Positions 11,635-25,915 of a stretch of DNA of 64,000 nt are shown piece by piece. Position numbers and translations under genes: made by a program. The notes below the pieces were generated by a model. The model saw only the letters and a program-made list of their open reading frames with translations. It made no database searches and had not been told where the DNA came from. Within the stretch, counting starts at the first letter, position 1. Every line of letters starts with the position of its first letter. This DNA is from Dictyostelium discoideum. Taxonomy: Eukaryota. The stretch lies in NCBI GenBank assembly GCA_000004695.1, contig CM000153.2, positions 3,360,001-3,424,000 on the forward strand, given 5' to 3'.

Positions 11635-11898
11635 ATGTCAATCATTGGTAACTATTTTAAATATTATTTATTATTTAAAGCCTTCATTTAAATAGAGATG
11701 ATATTAATATTATTTTAAAATGAAAATATAGCATCAATTACCTCAATCTCAAAAGTTTCATCAAAAAACATTCCATCAAGTTCAAACTTACCAACATCAA
11801 CTAACAAAATTCAATTTGGAAATAATCAAGTTTCTGGTGGTCTTGTTAGCGATTTGGTTTGTAATATTGCCACTGCTGTTGAAAAACTTGGTCTTTAA
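11635..11898 (+). CDS. HssA/2C/7E-like small protein paralog (about 59 aa), exons 11635..11647 and 11732..11898
   Basis: 13-nt first exon ATGTCAATCATTG with GTAACT donor. ATATAG acceptor. Product MSIIASITSISKV...VSGGLVSDLVCNIATAVEKLGL. Confidence 0.5.
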
Positions 11899-12093
11899 AT
11901 TTATTATTTAAGGTTAAGACTAAAAACAAAAAAAACAAACTCTATCATTACTATTATCAATAAAAACTTACCATTACTATTCCTATCTTTATTTTAAAAA
12001 AAAAAAAAAAAAAAAACTTTCTTATAATTTTTATTTACAATGGTTATTATTATTATTATTATTATCATAATTTATTGGGGGAGGGGGTAGAAT

Positions 12094-12287
12094 TTATGTT
12101 GCAGTAGTTGTTGTTGTAGTAGTTGTTGTTGAGGTAGTATTAGTAATTGGTGAAGCTGCTTCTGAATTTGTTGGGTTAAAAACATCGATATAATACGCAG
12201 ATGGTTTTGAATATAAATTATTAATTTCAAAAGATATGAGTTCAATTTCTTTATTATAATTATTTTAATTATCAATATTAGTAAGGT

Positions 12288-12324
<37 letters not shown>

Positions 12325-13198
12325 TAATTGATTATGTACATACCCTCTTTAGTTGTGTCAAATAATTCCCACCAAGGATAAGGTTCTTCAGGTAATTGTG
12401 TACCTAATATTCTTGATGCTAAAAATATAGAAGAAGCTGCAATTGATTCAGGTTTATATTGAATTGTAATAGTGGTTCTCATTGAATCATTTAAATAATT
12501 CCATGATTTTTGAGCCAATTCTTTACTTCTTTCTAACAGTTTCATATAATTTAAAATATATTTATGTGGTAAATCAACGTACATTAAAAATCCAAACTCT
12601 TTTAAAATATCAAATTCTGCTGCAATAACATCACCTTTTAAATCCCAATATGCCTATAATAATGATGATAATTTTTGTGTTTTTTTATTAATAAACAACA
12701 TAACTATTGATGATATTATTATTATCATTTACGTACCTGTTTAGTTGTATCAATATAGTCTATTGGTAAACCTTCTTTTTTTTGCCAAATTAAGGTGAAA
12801 ACATTTAATATATCTCTAATCTTTCTTTGTGGTTCTGTAAACTTAGTAGAGACAAAGAGTGATCCCATTGCTAACGTTTTTACATCATATTCTTTTAATG
12901 ATTTTCTACAATAAAATCTTTGAAATATAACCTGTCCTGTAACTGTTGTTGCTTGTGGTCTGGTGTATAGGAAAATAAAAGATAATGAATAAATGAATAA
13001 AACGAAAAAAAAAAAAAAAAAAAAAAGTTGAAATAAATTTATATGAAATTTGATTTGATCTTACAATTCCAATAATATACCAGCTTCTTGAATTACCTCT
13101 GTTCCATATCTTCTTAAATTATCTTCAATTTCAAATGATATTCCATCCTTTCTTGATGGTGAATTTTGAATTTCTTCATCACTAAAATACAAGTTCAT
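12094..13198 (-). CDS. Cyclin L-like protein (cyclin box), 4 exons: 13198..13065, 12959..12737, 12653..12344, 12248..12094
   Basis: Splice-joined product has clear cyclin-L matches: VIFQRFYCRKS, RKIRDILNVF, LPHKYILNYM, SWNYLNDSMRT, KPESIAASSIFLASR, PWWELFDTTKEE. Donors GTAAGA, GTACGT, GTATGT. Phases consistent. Confidence 0.75.
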
Positions 13199-13206
13199 AA
13201 CTTTTA

Positions 13207-13238
<32 letters not shown>

Positions 13239-13355
13239 CAACTAAAAATATCTTTTTTTTTTTTTTTTTTTTTTAATCAAATTTAATTTTTTTTTTTTTT
13301 TTTTGATCAAATTTTATTTTTTATTTTTTTTATTTATATCCAACAAAACACAACC

Positions 13356-13389
<34 letters not shown>

Positions 13390-13703
13390 AAAACAATTTG
13401 TTAACTTTGTTTTTTCATAACCATATTTTGATTTTATTTTAAAAGAATGAAAATCAGTGTACAATTTTAGCACCACTGTGGTGATGTTGTTTTTTTTTTT
13501 TTATATTATTATTATAATTTATTTTTATTTTTATTTAATTTATTTTTTTTTTTATTTATTTAAATTTTTTTTTAATTGCATAATTTAATTAAAAAAAAAA
13601 AAAAAATTTATTATAATAACAACATTTGTAAATAATAAAAAAAATAATAATAATATAAAATAAAAAATAATAATAATAATAATAAAGAATAATAATATTA
13701 ATA

Positions 13704-15482
13704 ATGAAAATATTAAAAATATTATTATTAATAATACTATTATCATCAATTGATAGTTGTATTTCAATATCAAGTAAAAATGTTAAAAGAAGATTATTTA
13801 ATAATGAAGAGGATATAGTATCTACAAAAGATGGATTAATTAGGGGAATTGTTGTTAAAGATCATCGTGTATTCTATGGTATTCCTTTTGCTCGTCCACC
13901 AATTGATGAATTACGTTTTGAAGATCCAATTTTTCCAAGAGTTTGGAAAAATGTAAAAGATTGTACAAGACAAAAGGAACAATGTATTCAAAACTGTAGA
14001 TTGGGTAATGGAGCATGTTCTCAAGTTGGAACTAGTGAAGATTGTCTTTATTTAGATGTTTTTGTTCCAAGAAAATCAGATATTACAAATTCTTCTTTAA
14101 TTCCAGTTTTAGTTGTTATTCCTGGTTTGTATTTTTAAAATTTAATAAAATAAAAAAAAATAAAAAAATAAATAATATTAATTTTTTTTATTTATATATA
14201 TTAAGGTGGAGCATTTGTACAAGGTACTGGATCATGTTTACTTTATGATGCAAGTAAATTTGCAAATTCATCAATTATTGTTGTAAATATAAATTATAGA
14301 CTTGGAGCATTAGGTTTTTTGGGAACTGATTTATTAAGTGGTAATTTCGGGTTCTTAGATCAAGTTATGGCTTTACAATGGGTAAGATCAAATATTGAAG
14401 CATTTGGTGGTGATAAGAATAAAGTGACCATTTTTGGAGAATCTGCTGGTGCATTATCTGTGATATCTCATTTAGTTAGCGAACGTTCAAAGAATTTATT
14501 CCAACGTGCAATTGTATCATCGGCAACCTTTACACTTGGTTTAAAAACTAAATCACAGATTAGAGGTATTTCAAATGGTTTCACAAGTAAAATTGGTTGT
14601 AATATTGAAGATATTGATTGTTTACGTTCAAAGTCACCAGAAGAGATTTTAAAAGCACAAGATCAAGTTGCAAATGTATTCAGGGGGAAGCTATTAGATA
14701 TTGTAACAGTTTGGACACCAGTTGTAGATTGTGATATTATATTAGGTCAACCGTTAACAATGATTAGAGATGGTATTTTAGTTAATAATGTCCCATTGAT
14801 AATTGGTGAAACTAAAGATGAGGGTAATTTATTTGTATATTTTAATTTCCAAAAAAAGATCACACAACATAAATATAGAAATATGATTTCCCTAATGTTT
14901 GGCTCAAATAGTCAAATGGTTTTAAATAAATACCCCGCTCCGACAAGTGATGATGGTGATAATAAAGGAGATTGTAGACCTATTTTATCGAAATTATATG
15001 GTGATTACGTTTTCCGTTGCCCAAATAGATATCTAATTAATAGATTATTAACTCAAAATAATAAATCATCATCATCATCATCACCTGTAATTTACCATTA
15101 TCAATTCAGACATTCATTATCAAGTGGTAATCCAATTCCTTATTGTAGTGGTATTGTTTGTCATGGTTCTGAATTACCTTTAATTTTTAATACATATGAA
15201 TCTGCAATGAATTTTGAATTGGATGATGATGAAATTCAATTCTCTCAAGATATTAATAGATATTGGGTAAATTTCATTTCAAATGGTGACCCAAACAAAG
15301 GTTTATCCTCATCAACTATGATAGATTGGTCACCAATTACAAAATCTTTAAATAACTCTTTAATTATGGTACCAGAATTTCAATTAAATGATATTATCTC
15401 CATTGATGGAAGATGTAATTTATTTGATAAAATTTCATATAGAGGTTATACTAAAAAAAATTCAAAACTTTGTCCAAGTTAA
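13704..15482 (+). CDS. Type-B carboxylesterase (cholinesterase-like; crystal-protein/D2 esterase family), exons 13704..14124 and 14206..15482
   Basis: Signal peptide. EDCLYLDVFVP. VIPG|GAFVQG is interrupted by an 81-nt intron. Active-site GESAGA. Cys pairs. Confidence 0.8.
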
Positions 15483-15644
15483 CATTTTTTTTAAAAAAAT
15501 TAAAAAAAAAAAATAAAAAAAATAAAAAACAATAAAGAGAATATCATTTTTACAAATCCTTAATTTAGATTTTTAAATCTCCCCAATCTTTTGTTTTTTA
15601 CTTTTATTTAAATTTTTAAAAAAAAAAAGAAAAAAGTTTAATTT

Positions 15645-17390
15645 TTATTTTTTACTCTTTCTCATTCTATTTTGATCTTTAGTATAACCATTATAAGATA
15701 GTGAATCGAATAAATCACATTTTGGATCATTGGTAATAAGATCTTTAACTTCGAAACCAAGTTTCATAACTAAAGAGGTATTGGTAGTTTTAGTGGTTGG
15801 ATTCCAAACTTTTGGAGTTGGTAAACCATTAGGATGACTTGGATTAGAGTATTTAATGAAATTAACGAAATAATTATTTAATTGTTCAGCAAATTCTTCT
15901 TCTTCCTCTTCTAAATCTAAATCAAGTGCACTTTCATATGTATTGAAAACCATTGGTAATTCAGTACCATGACAAACTAAACCTTCACATGCTTCAAATG
16001 AATGACCTCCTGATAATACTTGTTTGTATTGGTAATGGTAAATTGGTGATTCATTGGCTTGAGCTGATTTTGAGACATGGTATCTACCTGGACAACGGAA
16101 GAGGTAATCGGTGAGTAATTTAGATAATATTGGTCTACTATCTTTTAAGAAACCTGGTAATGGATAATGCTCTAAAACTTTATTACCATTTGCAATACCG
16201 AATAAAACATGTACCATGGTTCTATAGGAACTTGGAATCACAACATTTTTATACGTCATGTAAACAAAGAGTATAGCCTCATCTTGGTTATCACCAATAA
16301 TGGTTGGAACATCATGAGTTGTACCTTGTTTTATCATTGTCAATGGTTGTTCATTTACATTAATTCCGTCGACCACTGGTGACCAGATTGTAAAAGCATC
16401 AAGAATCTTATCACCAATAGCCAAACCAAGTTCCTTTTGAATTGCTAAAATCTCCTCTGGTGATTTTGAACGATGGCAATCGATATCTTCAAGATCACAA
16501 CCAATCTTACTTGAGAAACGACCTGCAAATCCTCTTGCAACAGTTTGACTCTTCAAACCAACAGTATATGGTGTAGAAGAAAGAATTGCACGATGGAATT
16601 TACCTTCAGATTTTTCACTAGACAAATGAGCAGCAACTGAAAATGCACCTGCAGATTCACCATAAATTGTAACTTGATTCTTATCACCACCAAATACTTC
16701 AATATTTTCTTGAACCCAATCTAAAGCCATAACTTGATCTAAGAAACCAAAATTACCACTTAATAAACCAGTACATAAGAAACCTAATACACCAAGACGA
16801 TAGTTTACATTTACAACAATAACTGATGAATTTGCAAATTTAAGACCATCATAAAGTGGACATGAACCAGTACCTTGTGTAAATGCACCACCTAAAAAAT
16901 ATTTAAATAAAAAAATAAAATTTCAATTAATATTTGAAAAAATAATAATAAAAATAATAATAATAATAATTTATAAAAACATACCTGGAATAAAAACCAT
17001 TACTGGTACTTTTGAACCTGGATTAACTGTTCTTGGAATGAATACATCTAAATAAAGACAATCTTCACTTGTACCAACTTCAGAACAACTTCCTTTACCT
17101 AATTTACAATCTTGAATACATTGGTCTCTTTGTTTAGTACCATCTCTAACATAGGACCATGGCTTTGGTGGTTGTGGATCTTCATAACGTAATTCGTCAA
17201 TTGGTGGACGGGCAAACGGAATACCGTAAAATACACGATGAGTATCGGTTACTGTACCTCTAATAGCACCATCGGATAATAAAACTTCATTATCACCTAA
17301 AGTTCTAATACCTTTTCTACCAAATTTTTTAGCTGCTGATATAATATCAAATGATAATAAAATAATTAATAAAATTATTATTTTATTCAT
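15645..17390 (-). CDS. Type-B carboxylesterase paralog, exons 17390..16985 and 16891..15645
   Basis: Same architecture: EDCLYLDVFIP, FIPG|GGAFTQG split by a GTATGT intron at the identical codon position, GESAGA. Convergent with the gene at 13704. Confidence 0.8.
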
Positions 17391-17496
17391 TTTATTTTGG
17401 ATTTTAAATAATTATAATTATTATTATTGAAAATAAATTAATGAATGGAAAAGAAAAAAAAAAAAGACTTAAATACATTTTTATTTTTATTATCAT

Positions 17497-17540
<44 letters not shown>

Positions 17541-17635
17541 AAAATAATATATAATTTTGAAAATCAAAATTGATTTGTAAGTTGACTTGATTATTTTTTT
17601 TTTTTTATTATTAAAAATGAATGTGGGTGGGTATC

Positions 17636-17672
<37 letters not shown>

Positions 17673-18115
17673 CTTCACCAATCATTTTACAAAATAAGAA
17701 ACCCACCTTTTGGGAAAACGGTTTTTTTTTTGTTTGGCCCATTAAAAAAAAAAAAAAAAAATTAATAATATCACTTTTTTTTGATTGCCCATTAAAAAAA
17801 AAAAAAAAAATTGTAAATAATAAAGTTATTTGAAATTGAAATCTGACTAAAAAAAAAACAGTTCCCCGAAAAAAAAAAAAAAAAAACAAATTAATTAATT
17901 AATTTAAAAAAAACAAAATATCTAAAACGAAAGAATTGTGCAAATTTAACCATTAAAAGAAAATGATTAAAAAAAAATAAAAAAAAAAAAATTTGTGATG
18001 GAATGGCACAAATTTAACATTGGGGTTTATTGAATAAAAAAAAATTCAAAAAAAAAAAGCTTTGTGTCTCGAGTATTTCTTATATCTTCAAAATTATTTA
18101 ATATTTTTTTTTTAT

Positions 18116-18166
<51 letters not shown>

Positions 18167-18324
18167 ATTTCTTTTTCCAGTTTAAATATGAGAGAGGTGA
18201 TTATTTTTATTTATTTGAAAATTATTACTAACATTTACATTTTGACTGTCAATAATAGTGCTATTAATTTTATTATTATTAATTTTTTAACCATTGAAAC
18301 CAATTAAGGAAAATATTTTAAAAG

Positions 18325-18360
<36 letters not shown>

Positions 18361-18777
18361 CTTATAAAAAAAATAAATAACCCAATAATCTATAATTTAA
18401 GTGATTATTTGATTTTTTTTTTTTTTTTTTTTTGGAAACACAATGTTTCAAGCATTTCCCAAAACATATGTTTTATTTTTTTTTTTTTTTATTTTGTTTT
18501 TTTATTTTGTTTTTTTATTTTGTTGGCTTTAACACTCGTTTTGGATATATTATAAACATATGTTAAAATGTTTTTATTCTTTTTATTTTATTTTGTTTTT
18601 TTTTTTGTTTTTTTTTTTTTCATTATTTATTTTTTGAAATAATTTTTATTTTTTTTATTTATTTATTATTTCTTCCATTTTATTTTTAATAAAGAAAAAA
18701 TTATATATTTGATAACAAATAAATTTAATTTTAAAAAAAAAAACAAAAAATTGTTTAAAAAAAAAAAAAAAAAAAAA

Positions 18778-18993
18778 ATGCAAAACAGGTATTTACCATA
18801 TGGAAAAATGAATCAATGTGAAAACAATTATGGCGGTAATGATAACATTTTAAATAATAACAACTACAATAATGATGATCGCTATAACAATTATAAAAAT
18901 AATAATATTATTGAAAATAATAACTATACTTACAATAATGGTGGTGGTAGTAAAAATGATAAGAAAAATATTCAAAGAAATAATAATAGTAAT

Positions 18994-19070
<77 letters not shown>

Positions 19071-19617
19071 TAATAATAATAATAATTATAATTATAATAA
19101 AAATAATTATAATAAAAAAACATATACTTATAGAGGTAGAGTTAGAAAATATGCAACAGCATTATTTTTTATAAGTACTGATTTTATACTTATGGATGAT
19201 ATTCAAATTCAATTGAAAAAACCAATACATTTTTATCAAAAATATTTATTAATTCATGGAAATTCAGATAATGGTATAAAAATTGTACTTCCTTATAAAT
19301 ATATTGGTGAAATTAAACTTGAAAGGTTTGAAACAAGTTTCAATTTATCATTTTCAACCACTGTTACAACTGGTCGTCAAAGTGCAAGATATGTAATAAA
19401 ATCTTTAAAAAATGAATTTTTAATTGATTTTAAGAATGATTTAAGCTCTGTCTTTGGTAATGTCTCTTTTTTTGAAACTGATCATTCATTACAGGAAATG
19501 TATAAACAAATTCAATTTCCATCACAATCACAACCATCATCATTTTCTTCTTCATCTTCTTCCTCCTCAATACAATTATCACCATCACCATCATCTTCAT
19601 CATCACCTAAATTATAG
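18778..19617 (+). CDS. Hypothetical N/Y-rich protein with a C-terminal globular region (possibly PH/GRAM-like)
   Basis: First ATG at 18778 (the track start at 18709 is a TTG). Conserved-looking block ALFFISTDFILMDD...KIVLPYKYIGEIK. Ser-rich tail. Confidence 0.4.
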
Positions 19618-20000
19618 TATTTACCCCGACAACCACAATTTAATCAATTCTTTAGTCAAAATAATATTTTAAATGATAGAAATAATAATAATAATAATAA
19701 TTTTAATAATAATAATAATAATAATTTTAATGATTTTAATAATTTTAATAATTTCAACAGTGACAACACTAATTATTGAAAATGAGTCAAAAAAATAATA
19801 AAAAAAATAAACAAAACTACCAGAATTAAAAAAAATAAAGAAAATAAAAAAATAAAACAATAAAAAAACAAAAATAAAAAAACAATCAAATTTTTGCATA
19901 ACGAACTCCTCTTTTTTTTTTGAAAAAAAAAAAAAAAAAAAAAAAAAAAACTTATTATTTTTTTATTTATTTTTTTTATTAATTTTTTTATTTTTTTATT

Positions 20001-20042
<42 letters not shown>

Positions 20043-20069
20043 TTTTTTTCTTTTTTTTTTTTTTCAAAG

Positions 20070-20919
20070 ATGTTAACTTTATCAGATTTTAATTTAGATA
20101 TAGAGGAAATTATTAACCACTTATTAAAGAGTGAAGCTAATAATCCACCACCCACAAGGCTATATAACCAATTTATAAAGTATTTATATGATTCACATTC
20201 AATATTAAATCTAACAAGTATTCAAATTAAAAATTTGAAAGAGTAAGTGTTAAATATCAAAAAAAAAGTCGCCCTAATTTTTACAAAAATTAGTGTGTGG
20301 GTTTTGGTAATTTGCAAACTAAAAAAGAAAAGTTAAAAAAAAGCTGGAAAAAAAGCTGGAGAAATTATTAACAACAAACTAAAATAAAAAAAATTAAAAA
20401 AAAATAGAGTAATTTATAAATATGACAAAAATGATGAATTCTATTTAGTAGCTAGATATAATGACTATGTAAAATTAAACTATTCAAATGAAAATGAACA
20501 AACCAATCTCTTTTCTCAACTTTTTGATTCAAATTGGTATACCAGAGTTAATATGAATAATCATACTGAAAGATTTAAAAGACATTTATTATTTTATCAA
20601 GTTTTACTCACAAATTCTCATTCATTCAGTCAAGTAAGTAAATAATACATTATTTTTATAAATATATTCATTAAACAATTCTATACTAATTCAATAAAAA
20701 AAAAAAACAACTTTACCCTTTTTATAGAAATTATCAAATCACATTGGGGTTTCTATTTTAGCATGTGTAAGAAAGAGTGAGTTATGTGTAAAAATTAATA
20801 TTAAAATTTCAGAATTTACAGAGATTGATTTATTATATATGCTATTCTCATTATTACTATTAATTAAAGAGGATGATAATAATAATCAACAAAAACCATT
20901 ACCAGAAATAATAACCAAC

Positions 20920-20953
<34 letters not shown>

Positions 20954-21217
20954 GTATTGATGATGAATTAGAATATGAAATGAAAAGATCAAATCATATA
21001 AAACAAGAAACATTATCCATATTCCAAAGCATTTATGAATCTAAAGCATTCCAAAAAAATATTTTTTCTTTAAATCCACCACCACCAACTCCTCGTTTTC
21101 TTAAAACAATAAATTCAAATGATATGGTCTTCATATTATTCAATGATAATCCTCTATCTCAATTACAACAACAACAACAACAACAACCATATAATGGAAT
21201 TCATGAAATTAACAATG

Positions 21218-21253
<36 letters not shown>

Positions 21254-24039
21254 TAGAAAATGATAATATGTATGATGAAAAATTAATTAAATTTTGTAAA
21301 GATATAGTTTCAATTGAAGAAAATGAATATATAAAGTCAATTATAAAAATATTAAATTTAATTAAAAATGATGATAATTCAAAAAAGAATTATACAATGT
21401 TTTTATTAGGTTTAGCTAAATTCTCACATGTAATTCAATATAAATTAGTTGATGAAATTGTTAATGCAATCAATGTTGAAGGTGCCAAAACACTATTTGA
21501 ACCAACTATAATGGATACAACCGATTTCAATTTCTTAATTATACCAATGTTAAAAATTAATGGTTTTTATTTTGAAAAGTTTAAAACATTAATGAATTTC
21601 ATTAAAAAGAATTTAAAAGATGATTATCGTGAAGCTCAACATAGAAAATATTTAAATATTACAAATTGTGAAGATCTTGATCAAAATAGTTTAAAAAATC
21701 AAACACACCCCCCTACATTACCTTTGAATTTTGGTGATGGTATAGGTAGTGTTATTGGTGGTTCTATTAGTTTTAATAATGGTATTGATTCAATTCATTA
21801 TTATTTATTACCACAATTTTATAAACAATCATTATTGATTGATAATAATCATTTTGAAAAGACTTTATCAATATTAGAAAAGTTACATCAATATGCAAAT
21901 TTCCTATTACCAACTTTAGATTTCACCTATAATTTCGCAACATGTTGTGAAAATAAAAAAGAAACCAAAGATAGTTTAATGATATTTAAAGTTGATGAAT
22001 CAATTTTACTTAAACATTCAATAACATTACGATCAAATACTAAAAGTGATTTTCAAATTCGTTTAGCTAATAATAATTTATTAAGATTGAAAGAATTATT
22101 CATTTTCTTATTTGAACGTATTAAAGAACATCATTTAATGAAAGAATCTTTAGAATTTATTTTATATGGTTTAAAAAATAGTGAAGAAAATGAAAATCAA
22201 AATGAAAATCAAAATGAAAATGGTCCTCATTCAATTAAATATAAATTTGTATTGGATAAATTAAAACATTTCTTATTAATTTTATCAATTGATGAAATTG
22301 ATAAATATTTAGTACCAATTTTTACAGAACAATGTTTAAAATCACCATATTATAAAATGAAACAAGTTAAACCAATTATAAAGGAATCGTTAAGTAGAGA
22401 TAACCAAGCACAAATTATATTACCAATTTATTTAATTCAAAATATATTATTATTGTTAATTAATGATAGTTCAACAACAAGTCAAAGATGTAAATTAAAA
22501 TTATCAATGGTTAATAAATTATTTTATAAAAATGTTGTAAACATTATAAACTCATCAATTAGTGTACCGATATATCTAAAGAAATCATTCTTAAAATTAC
22601 AACAATTAAATCATCCAAGAGATTTAGAAACAAATTCATTGGCTAAAGTTAATGGAGATTGGTCAATATTAAAAATTGATAAAATATCATATTTAAAGAT
22701 TAAAACACCTTCTAGAATCATTGAAAGTTTAGATTTATCTTATGGTAATTTACTTTTATCAATGAAACAATTAAAAATTTTAGAAATTAAACTTTACAAT
22801 GGTAAATTCTCAAAAGATGATTTCAATTCATTAATTGCTCTACCAACTTTAGAAAAAGTTATATTTAGTGAAACATTATCAAAAGAAATTTTAAATTCTT
22901 TATCATCAATTAAAAAATTATCAAAAGTAAAAAAAGTTGAATTATATTTAATTGATGATACTGATTTAAATTCTGATAATTATGATTATAAATTATTAAA
23001 TTCATTATCATATTATTATAATGGTAATGGTAGAAATAGTGGTAATGATGATGACGATGATGATGATGGTTTAGGTGATATTAATCATATAATTAAAATT
23101 AAGAGAATCAATGTTGGTTTTGGATTTTTTTTATCTTGTTATTTTAATGGTACATTAAATTGGATATCAAATAATTTAGTAGATTGTTTTAAAATTCATT
23201 TATCACAATGTGATTTTAATCATGACTTTAGTGGTCAATTAGTTTCAGATTTTAGAAATAGTATTAGTGCTATTACACTTTTAAGTAATAAGAATAGTAT
23301 TACTAGTGCTGGTGGTAGTAGTGGTAGTGGTAGTGGTGGAAATTTCTTTAGTGGTGATGAAGAGTTTTTAGGATTTTCTCATGGTAGAATTTCAAGAATT
23401 AAAACTTTAAGACAATATAAAGATTTATTCACTTCAAATTATTCAAAGAAATCATTTAAATCAAATATTAAACAATTGGAAATTTATTTAGATAATGGTG
23501 AATTATCAATACTATTATTGCAATGTTTATTGGATGAAATAAATTTAGAATCTATTAAAATCCAGTATGCATTACTTGAACCAAATTCAAAAATTAAAAA
23601 ACCAGCTTCAAAATTATTTAAATTCCTATCATCATCAAAATCATTCCAATCATTGAATTCAGTTTCAATTCAAACTTTATCAGGTTATTCAAATGATTTA
23701 ATTGATTGGTTTAATAATAAAACTTATTCTTTCACTCCTGCAAATAATTTCAAATTTATTGACTTTTATAGAAATCAACCATTTTCAAATGATTTAGAAT
23801 TTAGTGATGATGATGATGGTGATGGTGATGGTGATAATAATGAAAATAAAAAAGGTGATAATTTAAATAGTGATGGTGATGATGACGAATTGTTTGATGG
23901 TGAAAGTGATGAAATGTTTAGTGAAGATTTAGAAATGCAACTAGAAACTGAAGGTTTGAATGATGGTGAATATAACTTTGGTGATTATGATGACGAAGAT
24001 GACGATGAAGATGATGATGATGAATATGATGATGAATGA
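20070..24039 (+). CDS. Large hypothetical protein (about 1200 aa), 3 exons (20070..20242, 20407..20633, 20762..24039). N-rich with LRR-like central region and acidic D/E tail
   Basis: GTAAGT donors at 20243 and 20634. Phase-consistent acceptors. Long 3' exon ORF. Confidence 0.5.
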
Positions 24040-24217
24040 ACATTTCATTCATATGAATGCTTTAAACTAAACAACAAAATAAAAATTTTAAAAAGCCATT
24101 AAAATATTTCTTTTTTTTTTTTTTTTTTTTTTATTATTACTATTATTTTAATTAATTTCTCAATAATTAATATTGTTATTATTGTTGCCAGTGCTAATAA
24201 AAATCATTTGTCGAATG

Positions 24218-24272
<55 letters not shown>

Positions 24273-25001
24273 CAAATCTTAATAATCTTAATAAAATCTA
24301 TCCCAAATAAATAAAATAATTATTGTAATGATATTCTATGTGCCATAATAAAACTTTTTTTTTTTTTTTTTTTTTTTTTTGTGTCTTGTTGTTGTGTTTA
24401 ATATTTTTTAACATAACATCAATAAAATCTATCTCAAACATTGATAAAAAAAAAAAAACTATTTGAAACCGTTAGCCTCTTTAAAAAAAAAATGCTGAAA
24501 ACAAAAAAAGTGTTGGCCAACCCATTTGCACCTTGGGTTACAGTAATAATAACAAAAAAAAAAAAGAAAGAAAAAAAATATCTTTGTTTATAATAAACTT
24601 TTTTAAATAAAAGAATAAAAAAAGAACTAAAAAATTTTTATTTTTTTTTTTTTTTTTTTTTTTTTTTATTTTTTTGAATTTATAGGTGCATATTAAAAAT
24701 AAATAAAAAAAAGACTATAAAATAAAAAAAATAAATTAAAAAACAATATAATTAAAAGTTTATTCTATTTTTTTTATTATTATTTTTTTTTATAAAATTT
24801 TTCGCAACAAAACTTTTTTTGGTTCGAAAATAAAAATAAAAAAAAATAACGTGATTTCATTTTAATTTAATCAATCATAAAAAAATAATGAGAAATTTTT
24901 CAAAAAAAAAAAAATTGAAAATTTTTACGTTGGACACCTTTCGTTAAAAATTTTTTATTTGTGCATTCAATTTTTTTCTTCCTTTTTCTTTCATCCACAT
25001 A

Positions 25002-25755
25002 ATGTCTGAGTAGGTTTATCTATATGTTATTTCATGTCGCATTTTATATTTAGGTCATAATAAACAATATAAAAATAAATAGAAATTTAGGATTGATTCA
25101 AACAGATTAAGATTAAAAAAGATTAAAAAGGATTATCAATTATTCTATTTACTATGACGAATCTATGACAGAATAACAACACAATACGATAATAATTTAT
25201 AAAATTATAATAAAGGATTGGTTATTAATCAATAATCTTTCATTTAATAGACAAATCAAAAAGCGTACTTTCAAAAAGTTCACATACTCTGGTGTTGCCT
25301 TAGAGAGTCTCCTTGACTTAAAGGAAGAACAATTAATTTCATTATTGAGATGTCGTGCTCGTAGAAAGTTAAGACGTGAAACCCCAATCAAACACGTCAA
25401 CTTCTTAAAGAAATGCAGAGCCTCAAAAGCCGCCGTTACCCAAGTCGGTGAAAAACCAGCCCTCGTCAAAACCCACGCTCGTAACATTTTAATTGTTCCA
25501 GAAATGATCGGTTCTGTCATTGGTATCTACAACGGTAAAGTTTTCAATCAAGTTGAAGTTAAACCAGAAATGATTGGTCACTACACTGGTGAATTCTCAC
25601 TCTCATACAAGAGTGTCAACCATGGTCGTCCAGGTATTGGTGCTACTCACTCTTCAAGGTATGTTTTTTTTTTAAAAAAAATAATAACAAAAGGTTACTT
25701 TTACTAACATATTTATTATTTTTTTACAAAATATAGATTCATCCCATTGAAGTAG
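25002..25755 (+). CDS. rps15: 40S ribosomal protein S15 (uS19), exons 25002..25009, 25251..25658, 25737..25755
   Basis: Joined product MSEQIKKRTFKKFTY...[59 protein letters not shown] is near-identical in pattern to eukaryotic RPS15. 8-nt first exon with GTAGGT donor. Second intron GTATGT...TACTAAC...ATATAG. Confidence 0.85.
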
Positions 25756-25915
25756 ATTTTTTATATATCTCTTGTAGCTTTGTTTTAAAATAATAAAGTG
25801 ATAAAGTTATAAACAGTAGTAATAGTAGAAAAAGAATTATTTTTAGTTTATTTTATGTTATTTTTTTAAATTTTTTTTATATCTTTATTTTTTATTATTA
25901 TTGTTTTATTTTTTT

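Noticed and set aside
17500-18700. Possible genes or ncRNA in the 1.2-kb poly(A)/poly(T)-rich stretch, including the twice-repeated gcccattaaaaaaaaaaaaaaaaaa motif
   Set aside because: Only homopolymer-driven short ORFs. Consistent with a bidirectional intergenic/promoter region between convergent and divergent genes. The repeated motif is too short to interpret.
18872-19174. ORFs 18872..19174(+) poly-I and 18908..19123(-) poly-Y
   Set aside because: Other frames or strand of the (AAT)n tract that encodes poly-N in the 18778 gene.
20040-20069. Track start of ORF 20040 (MFFSFFFF...) and 18709 (MITNKFNF...)
   Set aside because: These begin at TTG within poly-T or AT tracts. The first real ATGs are at 20070 and 18778.
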